A stretch of DNA of 64,000 nt from Thermovirga sp. (GTDB lineage: Bacteria > Synergistota > Synergistia > Synergistales > Thermovirgaceae). Positions 8,709-18,588 of this stretch are shown one piece after another; the first letter of the stretch is position 1; each line of letters begins with the position of its first letter. The DNA is taken from the NCBI RefSeq assembly GCF_017656375.1, contig NZ_JACDOB010000005.1:1719-65718 (forward strand), in the 5' to 3' direction. Under the pieces are notes generated by a model, which saw only the letters and a program-made list of their open reading frames with translations, was not told the origin of the DNA and made no database searches. Both the position numbers and the translations under genes were made by a program.

Positions 8709-9812
8709 TTACTCTGGTGGTTTTTTCATGCCTGAGCCTGTAAGAGGAACCACTACCAGGTCTTTGGAGTCAAGAAGTCCCATTTCTCTCAAAAGCGCCT
8801 CAGCGGCGGGGGCCACAGCTGCTGTAGGCTCTACTAACAGCCCCTCCTCCTTAGCAAGCCTGCTTTGTTCAGACGCTATTTCCTCTTCGGAGACCGTTAA
8901 TACCCCTCCTCCAGTGGAACGTACAGCGCTCAACATCTCATTCAATCTAGGAGGCTCCGCCACGGCTATCCCTTCCGCCAGAGTCTTGCCAATCCTCTTT
9001 CCCTGTTTGTAAAAAGCACTATAAAGTGGATTGCAGCGCTCCGACTGGACTGCAAATATTTTAGGCATCCTCCTCGCCAGGCCCCTCTGCATAAGCTCCT
9101 TAAAGCCTTTGTAAAGCCCCAAAAGCATTGTACCGTTACCAGCTGGAGACAGCACAGCATCTGGTGCCATCTCTCCAAGCTGTTCCCAAATTTCAAAAGC
9201 TACCGTCTTGGTCCCTTCTATAAAAAGGGGGTTCCACACATGACTAGCATAAAAAAATTTTTCGGCCATTCCCATTGCCTTCTTTGCCGCTTCAGACCTT
9301 CCTCCAGGCACTTCTATAACTTCTGCTCCAAAAGCCGCAATCTGCTTCTTTTTCCCTTCAGAAGTACCTTTTGGTACCACTACGTATGCTTTGATCCTTG
9401 CCCTTGCAGAATACGCCGCAACAGACGCTCCGGCATTTCCTGACGAATCTATGACCACACTGTCACAGCAGGCATTGACAGCGTCTGCAACGACCATCAC
9501 TGCCCCCCTGTCTTTGAAAGAGCCAGTAGGACATAAAAACTCCAATTTAAAAAAAAGGTTGTCCCTACCCAACGCCGGTATCAAAGGTGTCCAACCTTCC
9601 CCCATGGACAAGTCTTCATCTACAAGAGGCAGCGCTTGAAAATAGCGGAACATACCTCTTTTGGAAGGGTCAATATCCAAGGCTTGCCAATCAGTCGTCG
9701 AAGAAAGAGGTTTTCCACAAACACACCGTGGAGGTCTTAACTGTGGTTCATAATTTTTTCCGCACTCAGGACAGTAAACTCTGAATTTCATCTTTAAAAT
9801 CACCATCTTCAC
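8709..9812 (-). CDS. Threonine-synthase-family PLP enzyme with an N-terminal Zn-ribbon
   Basis: FKLEFLCPTGSFKDRGA (PLP lysine), SSGNAGASVA, N-terminal CPECG...CVCG. The start is uncertain: GTG at 9812 or ATG at 9791. Confidence 0.7.
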   Translation of the reverse strand: MKMVILKMKFRVYCPECGKNYEPQLRPPRCVCGKPLSSTTDWQALDIDPSKRGMFRYFQALPLVDEDLSMGEGWTPLIPALGRDNLFFKLEFLCPTGSFKDRGAVMVVADAVNACCDSVVIDSSGNAGASVAAYSARARIKAYVVVPKGTSEGKKKQIAAFGAEVIEVPGGRSEAAKKAMGMAEKFFYASHVWNPLFIEGTKTVAFEIWEQLGEMAPDAVLSPAGNGTMLLGLYKGFKELMQRGLARRMPKIFAVQSERCNPLYSAFYKQGKRIGKTLAEGIAVAEPPRLNEMLSAVRSTGGGVLTVSEEEIASEQSRLAKEEGLLVEPTAAVAPAAEALLREMGLLDSKDLVVVPLTGSGMKKPPE

Positions 9813-9896
9813 AGGATAATTCTCTTCTAAATGAGCATTTCGGAATTAAATATACCACAGCAAATTCCTAAGTGCCTTACTTAAAAATTTCACCAT

Positions 9897-9925
9897 TTGA
9901 CACTATTTATTTTTAGGATTATAAA
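9897..9925 (+). promoter_or_regulatory. Sigma-70-type promoter for the thiT leader
   Basis: TTGACA (9897-9902), 17 nt spacer, TATAAA (9920-9925). Confidence 0.5.
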
Positions 9926-9931
9926 AAGCTA

Positions 9932-10024
9932 TGCAATGGGGGAGTCTGCTTAGTGCGGGCTGAGAGGAGATATATTCTCGACCCCTTGAACCTGATCCGG
10001 GTCATGCCGGCGTAGGAAATTGCA
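9932..10024 (+). promoter_or_regulatory. TPP (THI-box) riboswitch
   Basis: P1 is TGCAAT (9932-9937) pairing with ATTGCA (10019-10024). Core GGGGAGTC...GCTGAGAGG...ACCCCTTGAACCTGATCCGGGTCATGCCGGCGTAGGAA matches the THI element consensus and sits directly upstream of thiT. Confidence 0.85.
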
Positions 10025-10136
10025 AGGCGCCTTTTCACAAAGCTAACCTTTCCAAGACTTCCCAGCATGATTTGGATGGTTCCCCCTTTGTAAGCATCAA
10101 AGCATACATTGCATTGGCGAAAGGAGGGAAACTCTT

Positions 10137-10637
10137 ATGAAAGATGAAAGAATCAAAATACTAATAGAAGGGGCTCTTGCAGCTTCTTTTGCTTTGGCTC
10201 TTTCATATGTGAGATTATGGCATATGCCTCAAGGTGGTTCTGTAACATTGGAAAACATCCCCATACTTCTTTTTGCACTGCGTAGGGGGATTAAGGCCGG
10301 ATGCGGGGCTGGAGCAATAGCGGGCATTCTACAGCTTGTCCTAAGTGGCTATGTGGTGCACCCCGCCCAGGCTATTCTAGATTATCCTTTGGCCTTCGGA
10401 GTTCTAGGAGCTGCTGCTTTAATTAAAAAGCCCCTATGGGGCGGCCTAGCTTTAGGGTCAGCTTTACGTTTTCTGTGCCATCTGCTCTCAGGAGTGATTT
10501 TCTTCGGAAGCTACGCTCCCGAAGGTACTAATGTTTGGGCCTACTCAGCTATATACAACGGAAGCTACATGATCCCTAATCTCATTCTGGCTGTTATCCT
10601 TACCTATCTAATTTGGCCAAGGCTAAAAAATCTGTAA
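10137..10637 (+). CDS. thiT: Thiamine transporter ThiT (ECF S-component)
   Basis: 166 aa, 6 TM. LSYVRLWHMPQGGSVTLENIPILLFALRRG. Preceded by the TPP riboswitch. Confidence 0.85.
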   Translation: MKDERIKILIEGALAASFALALSYVRLWHMPQGGSVTLENIPILLFALRRGIKAGCGAGAIAGILQLVLSGYVVHPAQAILDYPLAFGVLGAAALIKKPLWGGLALGSALRFLCHLLSGVIFFGSYAPEGTNVWAYSAIYNGSYMIPNLILAVILTYLIWPRLKNL

Positions 10638-10656
10638 TGTGAAAACCCAAAGGGGA

Positions 10657-10688
10657 AGGGGCAGCTGTCAACCGCAAGCTGCCCCTTC
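10657..10688. terminator. 11-bp GC-rich hairpin between the convergent thiT and pssA genes
   Basis: AAGGGGCAGCT (10657-10667) pairs with AGCTGCCCCTT (10678-10688). T-rich only on the minus-strand side. Confidence 0.5.
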
Positions 10689-10733
10689 TGACCTATCATC
10701 TTAATCTTATTTCATTATCTGTTTGTTTTTATT

Positions 10734-11471
10734 TCAATCCAAGTTGTTCTCTCTAGGTACAGTCTTGCCCTCATTGCAACTCAACCATTTGCTCCAATCT
10801 ATACCCACGAAACCGCTTAACATGTAGATGCCGATACCAGCAAGAGGAGCTTTTTCTTTCAAGACGACAATTAACGACAACGCCAATATCCAGAGGAAAG
10901 CAACTTTTTGCTTATTCACTAAACCTTTCTTGAGCCCTTTCAAGTTACCAAAAGGTATGGAAGATATCATTAGAAGCCCAGTCCCAACAGTCATGAACAA
11001 CATAACAGCTGGATGAACATCAAGGCCTGCGAATACAAAGGAAGCCAGAAAATGCCCTCCTGCAGGTATGGGCAGGCCCTTGAAGAACGATCCGGGAGTA
11101 TGCTCCACATTGAACCTTGCGAGCCTTAGCGCTCCACAAAGGGCAAAAAAGGCAACTGCCAATGCCCCCATCGCTCCACCAAAGCCCTGCAAATAACGAG
11201 CATATATCAACATAGCAGGGGCAACTCCGAAGCTCACCACATCAGCCAAGCTATCAAGCTCAACGCCAAATGCAGTGCTGCCACCTATGCGCCTAGCAAC
11301 TTTTCCGTCCATGAAGTCAAATATCACTGCCATGTATATAAGAATCACTGAGGGAACATAATGACCGTGCAGGGTCAAAACTAGGGATAGCATCCCACAA
11401 AGAATGTTTCCGCTAGTTATCATGTTCGGAATCAACTTTTTAAACGGTATCTTTTCGCGCCTCTTTCTCAA
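10734..11471 (-). CDS. pssA: CDP-diacylglycerol--serine O-phosphatidyltransferase
   Basis: CDP-alcohol phosphatidyltransferase motif DFMDGKVARRIGGSTAFGVELDSLAD. Polytopic. Downstream of psd. Confidence 0.85.
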   Translation of the reverse strand: MRKRREKIPFKKLIPNMITSGNILCGMLSLVLTLHGHYVPSVILIYMAVIFDFMDGKVARRIGGSTAFGVELDSLADVVSFGVAPAMLIYARYLQGFGGAMGALAVAFFALCGALRLARFNVEHTPGSFFKGLPIPAGGHFLASFVFAGLDVHPAVMLFMTVGTGLLMISSIPFGNLKGLKKGLVNKQKVAFLWILALSLIVVLKEKAPLAGIGIYMLSGFVGIDWSKWLSCNEGKTVPRENNLD

Positions 11472-12087
11472 AGCTATCCTCTCCTATTATAGATATCCCT
11501 GCTTTAACCTTATCTCCAATGCTCACCACTGGTTTAACGCCCTCAGGCAAATACAGGTCCACTTTAGATCCTAATTTTATCATACCTATCCTTTCGCCAC
11601 GTCTCAGCTTTTCGCCCATCTTCACTGTTGAGCTTATGCGCCTGGCTAAAAAACCGGCTATCTGCACAACCAAGGCCTTACCACGCCCAGTTTTTAGGCC
11701 AACGTAAAACCTCTCGTTTAACTCCGAGGCTTTTGGCTCAAAGGCCATCCATTTTTTCCCAGGCACGTACTCTAGAAAAGCAACTTCCCCTTCATAGGGG
11801 CACCGATTGACGTGAACATCAATCGGCGACATGAAAATACCTACCTTACAGGCCTCACCGGTGAAGGGGTGATATGCCCTTTCAATCTCCACGACTTTAC
11901 CATCTGCCGGGCTAACCCACGCTCCTGGGATATCAGGCGATTCCCGTTTTGGATCCCTGTAAAACCAAAGCAAGAAAAGCCCTCCCACGCCAAGTAATAT
12001 TGATAATAAAACGCTAAAAAACAATGAGCCACAACTTAACACCAGAACAATAAGAATACCAACTCTGCCTTCCGGAGCAATCCTCAT
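11440..12087 (-). CDS. psd: Phosphatidylserine decarboxylase proenzyme
   Basis: 215 aa with an N-terminal TM helix. SPADGKV, FMSPIDVHVNR, and a KLGSKVD self-cleavage-type GS site. Confidence 0.85.
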   Translation of the reverse strand: MRIAPEGRVGILIVLVLSCGSLFFSVLLSILLGVGGLFLLWFYRDPKRESPDIPGAWVSPADGKVVEIERAYHPFTGEACKVGIFMSPIDVHVNRCPYEGEVAFLEYVPGKKWMAFEPKASELNERFYVGLKTGRGKALVVQIAGFLARRISSTVKMGEKLRRGERIGMIKLGSKVDLYLPEGVKPVVSIGDKVKAGISIIGEDSFEKEARKDTV

Positions 12088-12093
12088 TTTGGA

Positions 12094-14541
12094 TTATTCC
12101 CCTTCATCCTCATTGCTGTGTATTACGCTTACATCGGCCACTTCGTCTCCCTCTTCCAGTTTAACAACCCTGTAACCTGTGGCCGTCCGACCGAGAAGAG
12201 AAATATCTTTTGCATCTAACCTTATAACCCTGCCCATGTTAGTCATTAATATAACTTCATCTTCAGGGGAAAGGCTCCAAGAGCCTACCAAAGTTCCAGT
12301 CTTATCAGATATAGACATGGCCTTAACACCGCCACTGCCTCTGTGATGACAGGTAAACTCGCTATAGTCCGTCTTCTTGCCTACTCCCTTCGTGCTGACC
12401 AAGAAGGTGTGTTTGTCTTCCTTTATCACGTCACAACCGACGACGAAATCCCCCTGAGCAAGACGAATACCCCTTACACCCCTAGCTTGCCTGCCCATGG
12501 GCCTGAACTCTTCTTCCTTGACCCTCAAGGCCTTACCTTTGGCTGTCACAAAAAGCAGCTCATCGTTACCAGAGGTAAACCTTACTCTAGCTATCTTGTC
12601 GCCTTCACTGAGGGAAAGGACTATTCTTCCAGCTCTTGTAAGGTTAACAAGTTCCTCTGCAGGCAAACGTTTAGCCGTCCCTTTTTCCGTTATGAAAAAG
12701 ACGAATTTGGCACCCTTCAGCTTGCTATCCGCAACGGCAACAATCTTTTCGTTTGCGTCTAGGCTTAGATAATTGCTTATCAACCTTCCTTTACCCACTT
12801 TAGGCTCAGGAAGAACGTATCCTTTTATAGCGTACACTCTGCCCCTAGACGTGAACAAAAATATATCTCTATGGGTTGAGGAAACAGTGATGATAGCAGC
12901 TTCATCACCGCTCTTAGGAGTAGCACCTTTTACTCCTTTGCCTCCTCTCCCCTGGCAACGATAAGACTGGAGAGGCATCCTCTTTATGTATCCATCCCTT
13001 GAGAGCGCCACCACTATTTCCTCTTCCGGAATAAGATCTTCAAATTCCACGTCTTCTTCGGTGTTCATTATTTCCGTTCTTCTTTTATCAGCAAATTTGG
13101 CCTTGACGTCCAAGAGTTCTTCTTTTACCACTCCATCCAACACTGCAACATTGGAAAGAATGCTCTCATATCTTGATATATCGGCTAAAAGTCCCGCCAA
13201 TTCTTCTTCCAGACGATGCTTCTCCAATCCTGTCAACCTCTGAAGTCGCATATCAAGGATCGCCTGAGCCTGAGCCTCACTGAAGCCAAACTGGCCTATA
13301 AGGCCTTCTCTCGCTTCCGAAGTATCCTTTGATCCCCTGATGAGGGCTATCACCTCATCTATCATATCGATCGCTTTGAGAAGCCCTTCCACTATGTGAG
13401 CTCTTTCCTTGGCCTTACGCAACCTGTAACTGGTTCTTCTTCGAACCACGTTGCGCCTGTAATCTAGGAAGTGGCTAAGCATCTGGATTATAGACAGAAC
13501 TTTGGGTTCACCGTCCACCAACGCTAAATTGATAATCCCGAAAGTTGTCTGAAGCTGCGTTCTCCTGTAAAGCTGCCTTAGCGTCAGGTTAGGATCTGCA
13601 TCTCTGGAGAGCTCCAGGACAATCCGTATGCCTCTCTTATCCGATTCATCCCTGAGGTCAGTTATGCCATTAATGGTTTTATTCTGTACTCCTTTGGCAA
13701 TATTCTCCAACAGGCTGGTCTTGTTGACCATATATGGAATCTCGGTTATCACTATAGAGTTTTTCCCTCTTTTCCCTTCTTCCACATGGGTCTTGCCTCT
13801 GACCGTTACCTTGCCTCGCCCCGTCTGATAAGCCTCTACTATCCCATCTCTGCCTAAAATAATGCCACCTGTGGGGAAATCAGGCCCGGGCATTCTCCTC
13901 AATATTTCGTCCAGTTCCGGTTGAGGCTCCTCCAAGAGGTAGCACAAAGCATCGATAACCTCTCCGAGGTTATGGGGAGGAATGTTGGTAGCCATTCCTA
14001 CAGCTATACCAGTACTTCCGTTTATCAATAAATTGGGCAGTCTAGTAGGGAGCGTCAATGGCTCCTGTAGAGAGTCATCGAAATTAGGTCCCCAATCCAC
14101 CGTCTCCTCATCTATGTCAGAGAGCATCATCTCGCCCACGAAGGATAGGCGAGCTTCCGTATATCGCATGGCCGCGGGAGGATCTCCATCTATGGAACCA
14201 AAATTACCCTGCCCATCAACCAATGCGTACCTCATAGTAAAGTCTTGGGCCATGCGGGTCATGGTATCGTAGATCGCCGAGTCTCCATGGGGATGATATT
14301 TACCCATGGTCTCACCGACCACTCTAGCTGACTTTTTGAAAGACTGGTTATGCCTAAGCCCTAATTCCAACATTGAATAAAGGACTCGCCTCTGAACCGG
14401 CTTAAGGCCATCCCGCACATCAGGAAGGGCTCTGCCTACAATAACGCTCATGGCATAGTCAAGATAGCTGTGCTTTATCTCCTCCTCTAAAGGCAAAGGG
14501 ATTACCTTCCCGAAAGGAAGAGTACCAGAATTTCTTTCCAT
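12094..14541 (-). CDS. gyrA: DNA gyrase subunit A
   Basis: 815 aa. [29 protein letters not shown] (QRDR), AAMRYTE (active-site Tyr), and a C-terminal beta-pinwheel repeat region. Confidence 0.95.
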   Translation of the reverse strand: MERNSGTLPFGKVIPLPLEEEIKHSYLDYAMSVIVGRALPDVRDGLKPVQRRVLYSMLELGLRHNQSFKKSARVVGETMGKYHPHGDSAIYDTMTRMAQDFTMRYALVDGQGNFGSIDGDPPAAMRYTEARLSFVGEMMLSDIDEETVDWGPNFDDSLQEPLTLPTRLPNLLINGSTGIAVGMATNIPPHNLGEVIDALCYLLEEPQPELDEILRRMPGPDFPTGGIILGRDGIVEAYQTGRGKVTVRGKTHVEEGKRGKNSIVITEIPYMVNKTSLLENIAKGVQNKTINGITDLRDESDKRGIRIVLELSRDADPNLTLRQLYRRTQLQTTFGIINLALVDGEPKVLSIIQMLSHFLDYRRNVVRRRTSYRLRKAKERAHIVEGLLKAIDMIDEVIALIRGSKDTSEAREGLIGQFGFSEAQAQAILDMRLQRLTGLEKHRLEEELAGLLADISRYESILSNVAVLDGVVKEELLDVKAKFADKRRTEIMNTEEDVEFEDLIPEEEIVVALSRDGYIKRMPLQSYRCQGRGGKGVKGATPKSGDEAAIITVSSTHRDIFLFTSRGRVYAIKGYVLPEPKVGKGRLISNYLSLDANEKIVAVADSKLKGAKFVFFITEKGTAKRLPAEELVNLTRAGRIVLSLSEGDKIARVRFTSGNDELLFVTAKGKALRVKEEEFRPMGRQARGVRGIRLAQGDFVVGCDVIKEDKHTFLVSTKGVGKKTDYSEFTCHHRGSGGVKAMSISDKTGTLVGSWSLSPEDEVILMTNMGRVIRLDAKDISLLGRTATGYRVVKLEEGDEVADVSVIHSNEDEGE

Positions 14542-14636
14542 TAGTTATCTCTCCTTCTTCAACCACAAATCATAAATAGTAACTCTCAATGCACAATGTT
14601 TTATTGTACCCTAGAATAGGGATTTTGTTTCATAAT

Positions 14637-15155
14637 TTACCATTGATTTAAGTGAACTTTACCGTCCAGTATGCCCTCATGGGGGTCTTTATTTTCCGCA
14701 GGATAACCTAGAGCCGCTATCCCTAAAACCTTTATGTGAGGTGGTATCTTAAGAAATTCCCTTACTGCCAGCTCTACTGCCGGAGCGTGCTGCACCCCCA
14801 ACCAAACACTACCTAAATCTAGCGCCTGAGCCGCCAAAAGGATATTTTCCATGGCGGCAGAACAATCCTCCTCCCAATAATATGAAGCCTGTTCGCTTTG
14901 GGTTGGATCACCACAGACTACTATCGCCAAAGGGCAGCGTTCCAACATTTTGCCGAAAGGATGGGCTTTTGCAAGGGAAGAAAGCAATTTCTTGTCATCC
15001 ACTACAATAAAATGAGCGGGCCTACTGTTACCTGCACTTGGCGCAGCAAAGGCACACTCTATTATGAGTTTAACTTTATCCTCTTCCACGGGCTTATCAT
15101 GGAAACGCCTTATGCTTCTTCTGGCAAGTATGTTTCTGATAGTTTCATTTACCAT
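14637..15155 (-). CDS. Nitroreductase-family flavoprotein
   Basis: 172 aa. ILARRSIRRF, AAPSAGNSRP, LGSVWLG. Paralogue of 50101-50622. Confidence 0.8.
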   Translation of the reverse strand: MVNETIRNILARRSIRRFHDKPVEEDKVKLIIECAFAAPSAGNSRPAHFIVVDDKKLLSSLAKAHPFGKMLERCPLAIVVCGDPTQSEQASYYWEEDCSAAMENILLAAQALDLGSVWLGVQHAPAVELAVREFLKIPPHIKVLGIAALGYPAENKDPHEGILDGKVHLNQW

Positions 15156-15317
15156 TTTTTCCCCTCCAAGAAAATTGACTCCGTTTATTATAAGCCATAT
15201 TGATATTTTTCTAATCCATGGCCAGAAATGCTGTAAAAATTGAATTTGCCATCGACTCTACCACGTTATAATATTAGGATAAATAATTAAATCATTTCAA
15301 CGTGAGGAGGAAACAAA

Positions 15318-15830
15318 ATGCAAAACAAAATAGCAATTTTGGTAGAGAACGATTTTCACGACATAGAGTTCTGGTACCCATACTATCGACTGCAGGAAGC
15401 CGGATTCGAACCTCTAATCGTAGCTCCTGTGGCTCCCATGCTCTACAAGGGGAAATACGGCACCACCATAGAAGCCACATACGACCCAGAAAGATTAAAA
15501 GGGAAAATGCTTCGTGGCATTATAATTCCAGGCGGATGGGCTCCCGATCGGCTCAGGCTGTCCAAAGAAGTTTTGGAACTTGTAAACCAAGTTTACGACA
15601 GCGGAGGCATCATAGCTGGAATATGTCATGCTGGAAGCGTGTTGGTATCAGCAAAAATAGTCAAAGGGAAAAATGTAACCAGTTATCCCAGCATCAAAGA
15701 TGACCTGCAAAATGCAGGAGCCCAATGGGTAGACGAGCCAGTGATAAGCTGTCAAAGAATAATAACAAGCCGGAAGCCTTCAGATTTGCCCTATTTTATG
15801 GTCGAAGTCATAAAGGCGCTTTCAAGCTGA
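15318..15830 (+). CDS. DJ-1/PfpI-family intracellular protease/amidase
   Basis: 170 aa with the nucleophile elbow GIIAGICHAG and IIIPGGWAP. Confidence 0.85.
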   Translation: MQNKIAILVENDFHDIEFWYPYYRLQEAGFEPLIVAPVAPMLYKGKYGTTIEATYDPERLKGKMLRGIIIPGGWAPDRLRLSKEVLELVNQVYDSGGIIAGICHAGSVLVSAKIVKGKNVTSYPSIKDDLQNAGAQWVDEPVISCQRIITSRKPSDLPYFMVEVIKALSS

Positions 15831-16606
15831 AATCTATCAAACAGAACATCTACCAAGTTCATTAAAGGATGGATCACCGTTTTCTGGAGGGGCAATGGTT
15901 CCCCCTTCATGCTTGCTTCCTCCAGGGCTGGAAAGTAGGGAATAACAGCGGCAGGTTCAAGATCGTTTGCTTTTAAGCGGTCTGTCATGTGGGTTTTTGT
16001 CCTTTCGCTCACCTTGTTCAAGATCAAGTAAATTCTTTTGTTTAATTTTACAGACAACTCCCGCATCTTAACAGCCAGTTCCAAAGATTCCATTGTTGGA
16101 TCTAAAACCACCAAAAATTCATCACATGCTTCATAAAGGGACCTTGCAACGTGCTCCATAGGTGAACTTGTATCTATCAGATAAGTCCAATTACCCATAT
16201 ACAGCATGGATATAAATTGTCTAGCCAAATCGGTCATAACACATGAACAACCTTCTTTTGGCTCCCTGATTTTTCCTATAGATACAAGATATAGGTTATC
16301 CCTACAACTGACACAAGTGCAAGGCAAATCTCTAACGTGTAAGCCCCGTGAAAACCTTGGGTCTTTTATTTTCTCTAAAGACATCCCCGAAGAAAAGCCT
16401 TTAGCTATAGCCTCTCGCCCGCCAAGTTCCTCAACCAGTGTCCTCTCTGGAGAAGGTAAATTTATCATCCTATGTAAACTAAAGCTGCCTTCATCTGCAT
16501 CAATGGCACAGACGGACCTCCCATTTACGGCTAAATAACGAGCTAAAAGAGCTGTAACGGTACTTTTACCGCTGCCCCCTTTGCCGCACACTATAATCTT
16601 CGCCAA
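15791..16606 (-). CDS. CooC-like (MinD/ParA-fold) metal-centre maturation ATPase, orphan
   Basis: Deviant Walker A CGKGGSGKST, a CxC motif (EGCSCVM), IDTSSPMEH. I place the start at TTG 16606 (GAGGTG SD 6 nt upstream) rather than the track start at 16714. Confidence 0.65.
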   Translation of the reverse strand: MAKIIVCGKGGSGKSTVTALLARYLAVNGRSVCAIDADEGSFSLHRMINLPSPERTLVEELGGREAIAKGFSSGMSLEKIKDPRFSRGLHVRDLPCTCVSCRDNLYLVSIGKIREPKEGCSCVMTDLARQFISMLYMGNWTYLIDTSSPMEHVARSLYEACDEFLVVLDPTMESLELAVKMRELSVKLNKRIYLILNKVSERTKTHMTDRLKANDLEPAAVIPYFPALEEASMKGEPLPLQKTVIHPLMNLVDVLFDRFQLESAFMTSTIK

Positions 16607-16724
16607 CAAAAGCACCTCACACGAAATAAAAAGAAATTTAATGTGGCCAACCTGCCCTGAGGGATAATAACACATGGAGGGTAAAAATAGAAGTCCTTTA
16701 ACATCGCTATGCACTTAGATAAAG

Positions 16725-16733
16725 TGTTATAAT
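16725..16733 (+). promoter_or_regulatory. Extended -10 promoter element (TGTTATAAT) for the repeat-protein gene
   Basis: TG at 16725-16726, TATAAT at 16728-16733. No good -35 seen. Confidence 0.4.
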
Positions 16734-16791
16734 GTTAATTACTAAAGCTTTGCAGCCTCAGCATCATAAAAGCAAGAAAGGAGGGTAAATC

Positions 16792-18585
16792 GTGAAAACA
16801 AGGGTCATAAACTCAAAAATTGCCACCGCTATCGTTTTTTTGCTGATAATATGCCTGGCTCCTGAGCATGCTGCTTTTGGCGCAATGGGGGAAATAGAAA
16901 CCTTTCGGTTTTCGGATATGAGCCAGGACCTGATCTCCCTTGATGGCGATGCATCTTCCGATGGGATTCCAGAAGCCCACTTCACAGCAACCATAAAAGG
17001 AATAGGAGCTCTCTCAAACGTCGAGATAAAAGCTCTAACCACTGGTCAAGTATGGAACAGCTCTAGCAGGAATATGCTTATCCAAGATTCAAAGGGAGAA
17101 GCCATAATGAAACCAGGAGGAGGGATTTCTTTACTGCCTTTTTTGGGATTTATAACGTTGCACATATACATAGCAGATGATGGGGAAAATTTCTCTAAAA
17201 CTCAACAATACGAGATAACCGCTACATTTCTGGATGGCAGTTCTGCTAAAGCAAAAGCAACGGTTGATGGACGCTCCGAACTGTTTGTCCCCCCTCAAAT
17301 TCCTTCTCCATCTGGAGAAACCATTACGCTGAAAGCTATAAACCTCGGTATAGGTGACCGGGACCTGGCGCGCCGCAGTGAAGTAATTCAACCTGACGGA
17401 TATCGCGATGCTCATCTTCAGGTAAGGCTCAATACCATATCAGTTATAAAAGAAATTGTCATCCGAAATTTGAATGGGGCATCTTCAGCGTGGGATACTG
17501 TCCCTGGAAACGGTATTTGGGGCATATGTGTAATCAAAGATGGAGTCATGAAAAATAGGTCCGATGGTAGTGTGCTCTTCACAGTTGAAGGGGATACCAC
17601 CCTGGATCTGTGGTTTGCAGATAACGGTTCGGTCGCAGAAGGTAATACTATTTATGAAGTAATGGTAAAACTAAACGACGGTACAATCCTTCGAGGCATA
17701 ACCCAGGCTTCTTCGCAACCCTCTCTAGGCCAAACCCAAGAAGGAATAGTCTCTGCCCGGCTATATGCTCCATCCGAAGTAGATATAACTAATAAGGGAG
17801 AAACTCTGGGTGGGGATGGTCAGCCTGATTGGCTCATTAAAGCAGAACTGAAGGGTAAAAACCGACTTATAAGCATGATAATACGTGGTGATGACGGAAG
17901 CTCTGAATGGGATACGTTACCACGTAACGGCAAATGGCTGATAGGTGTAACAAACACTCAAGGAGAAGTGCTCAACGACGAAAGGGGTGCTGTATCCATT
18001 CCCTTCGATGGGACCTTGAAAATTAATTTATGGATCTCTGACAACGGATCGTTAAGCGAAGGTAACACCAACTACAAGTTAATCGCAGTAGCAGAGAACG
18101 GGAAAATCTACGAACAAAAAATTACCAGACCAGCTATATTAGAGCTATCTTTACCCCAAAAAACTCAAGTTTCAAAAGGAACAAAAGCCCGTTACCTCGG
18201 GAAAGGACCTAAAAACTACCTGAGAAAGGGAGAGATGCCATCATTACTTGAACCTCCTGATGCTAACGTGGACGCCCATGTAAAACTAAGACTGTCTAAC
18301 GTCAATGGAACCATCAATAGCATCACCATCCAAAAAATAGGAGGGGGAGGGCTTAAATGGGACACTATACCTGGAAATGGCAACTGGAACATAGTTGTAA
18401 CTAAAACACCTTCAGGGGGGATTTTATCAAACGCTGACGGTTCCATAAACATGACTGTCTCAGGCAACACCACTTTGCACCTTTGGCTTGCAGATGACGG
18501 CATCTTTGGCTCAAAACCCGACCGCTTTGAAATTGTAATCAGTATGTCTAACGGCAAGAAAATAAAAGTTCCTATCCATAAATAG
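16792..18585 (+). CDS. Secreted protein of unknown function built from four tandem modules of about 140 aa
   Basis: GTG start after AAGGAGGG. Signal peptide ...LAPEHAAFGA. Recurring W(D/N)T.PGNG.W...V ... L.LW.ADNGS..EGNT.Y ... DG pattern with W at aa 88, 234, 373 and 523. Confidence 0.75.
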   Translation: MKTRVINSKIATAIVFLLIICLAPEHAAFGAMGEIETFRFSDMSQDLISLDGDASSDGIPEAHFTATIKGIGALSNVEIKALTTGQVWNSSSRNMLIQDSKGEAIMKPGGGISLLPFLGFITLHIYIADDGENFSKTQQYEITATFLDGSSAKAKATVDGRSELFVPPQIPSPSGETITLKAINLGIGDRDLARRSEVIQPDGYRDAHLQVRLNTISVIKEIVIRNLNGASSAWDTVPGNGIWGICVIKDGVMKNRSDGSVLFTVEGDTTLDLWFADNGSVAEGNTIYEVMVKLNDGTILRGITQASSQPSLGQTQEGIVSARLYAPSEVDITNKGETLGGDGQPDWLIKAELKGKNRLISMIIRGDDGSSEWDTLPRNGKWLIGVTNTQGEVLNDERGAVSIPFDGTLKINLWISDNGSLSEGNTNYKLIAVAENGKIYEQKITRPAILELSLPQKTQVSKGTKARYLGKGPKNYLRKGEMPSLLEPPDANVDAHVKLRLSNVNGTINSITIQKIGGGGLKWDTIPGNGNWNIVVTKTPSGGILSNADGSINMTVSGNTTLHLWLADDGIFGSKPDRFEIVISMSNGKKIKVPIHK

Positions 18586-18588
18586 GCA

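Noticed and set aside
15791-15830. The 40-nt overlap of the PfpI and CooC-like genes as a sign of a frameshift or pseudogene
   Set aside because: Both proteins are full length with intact C-termini. A convergent overlap is compatible with two real genes.
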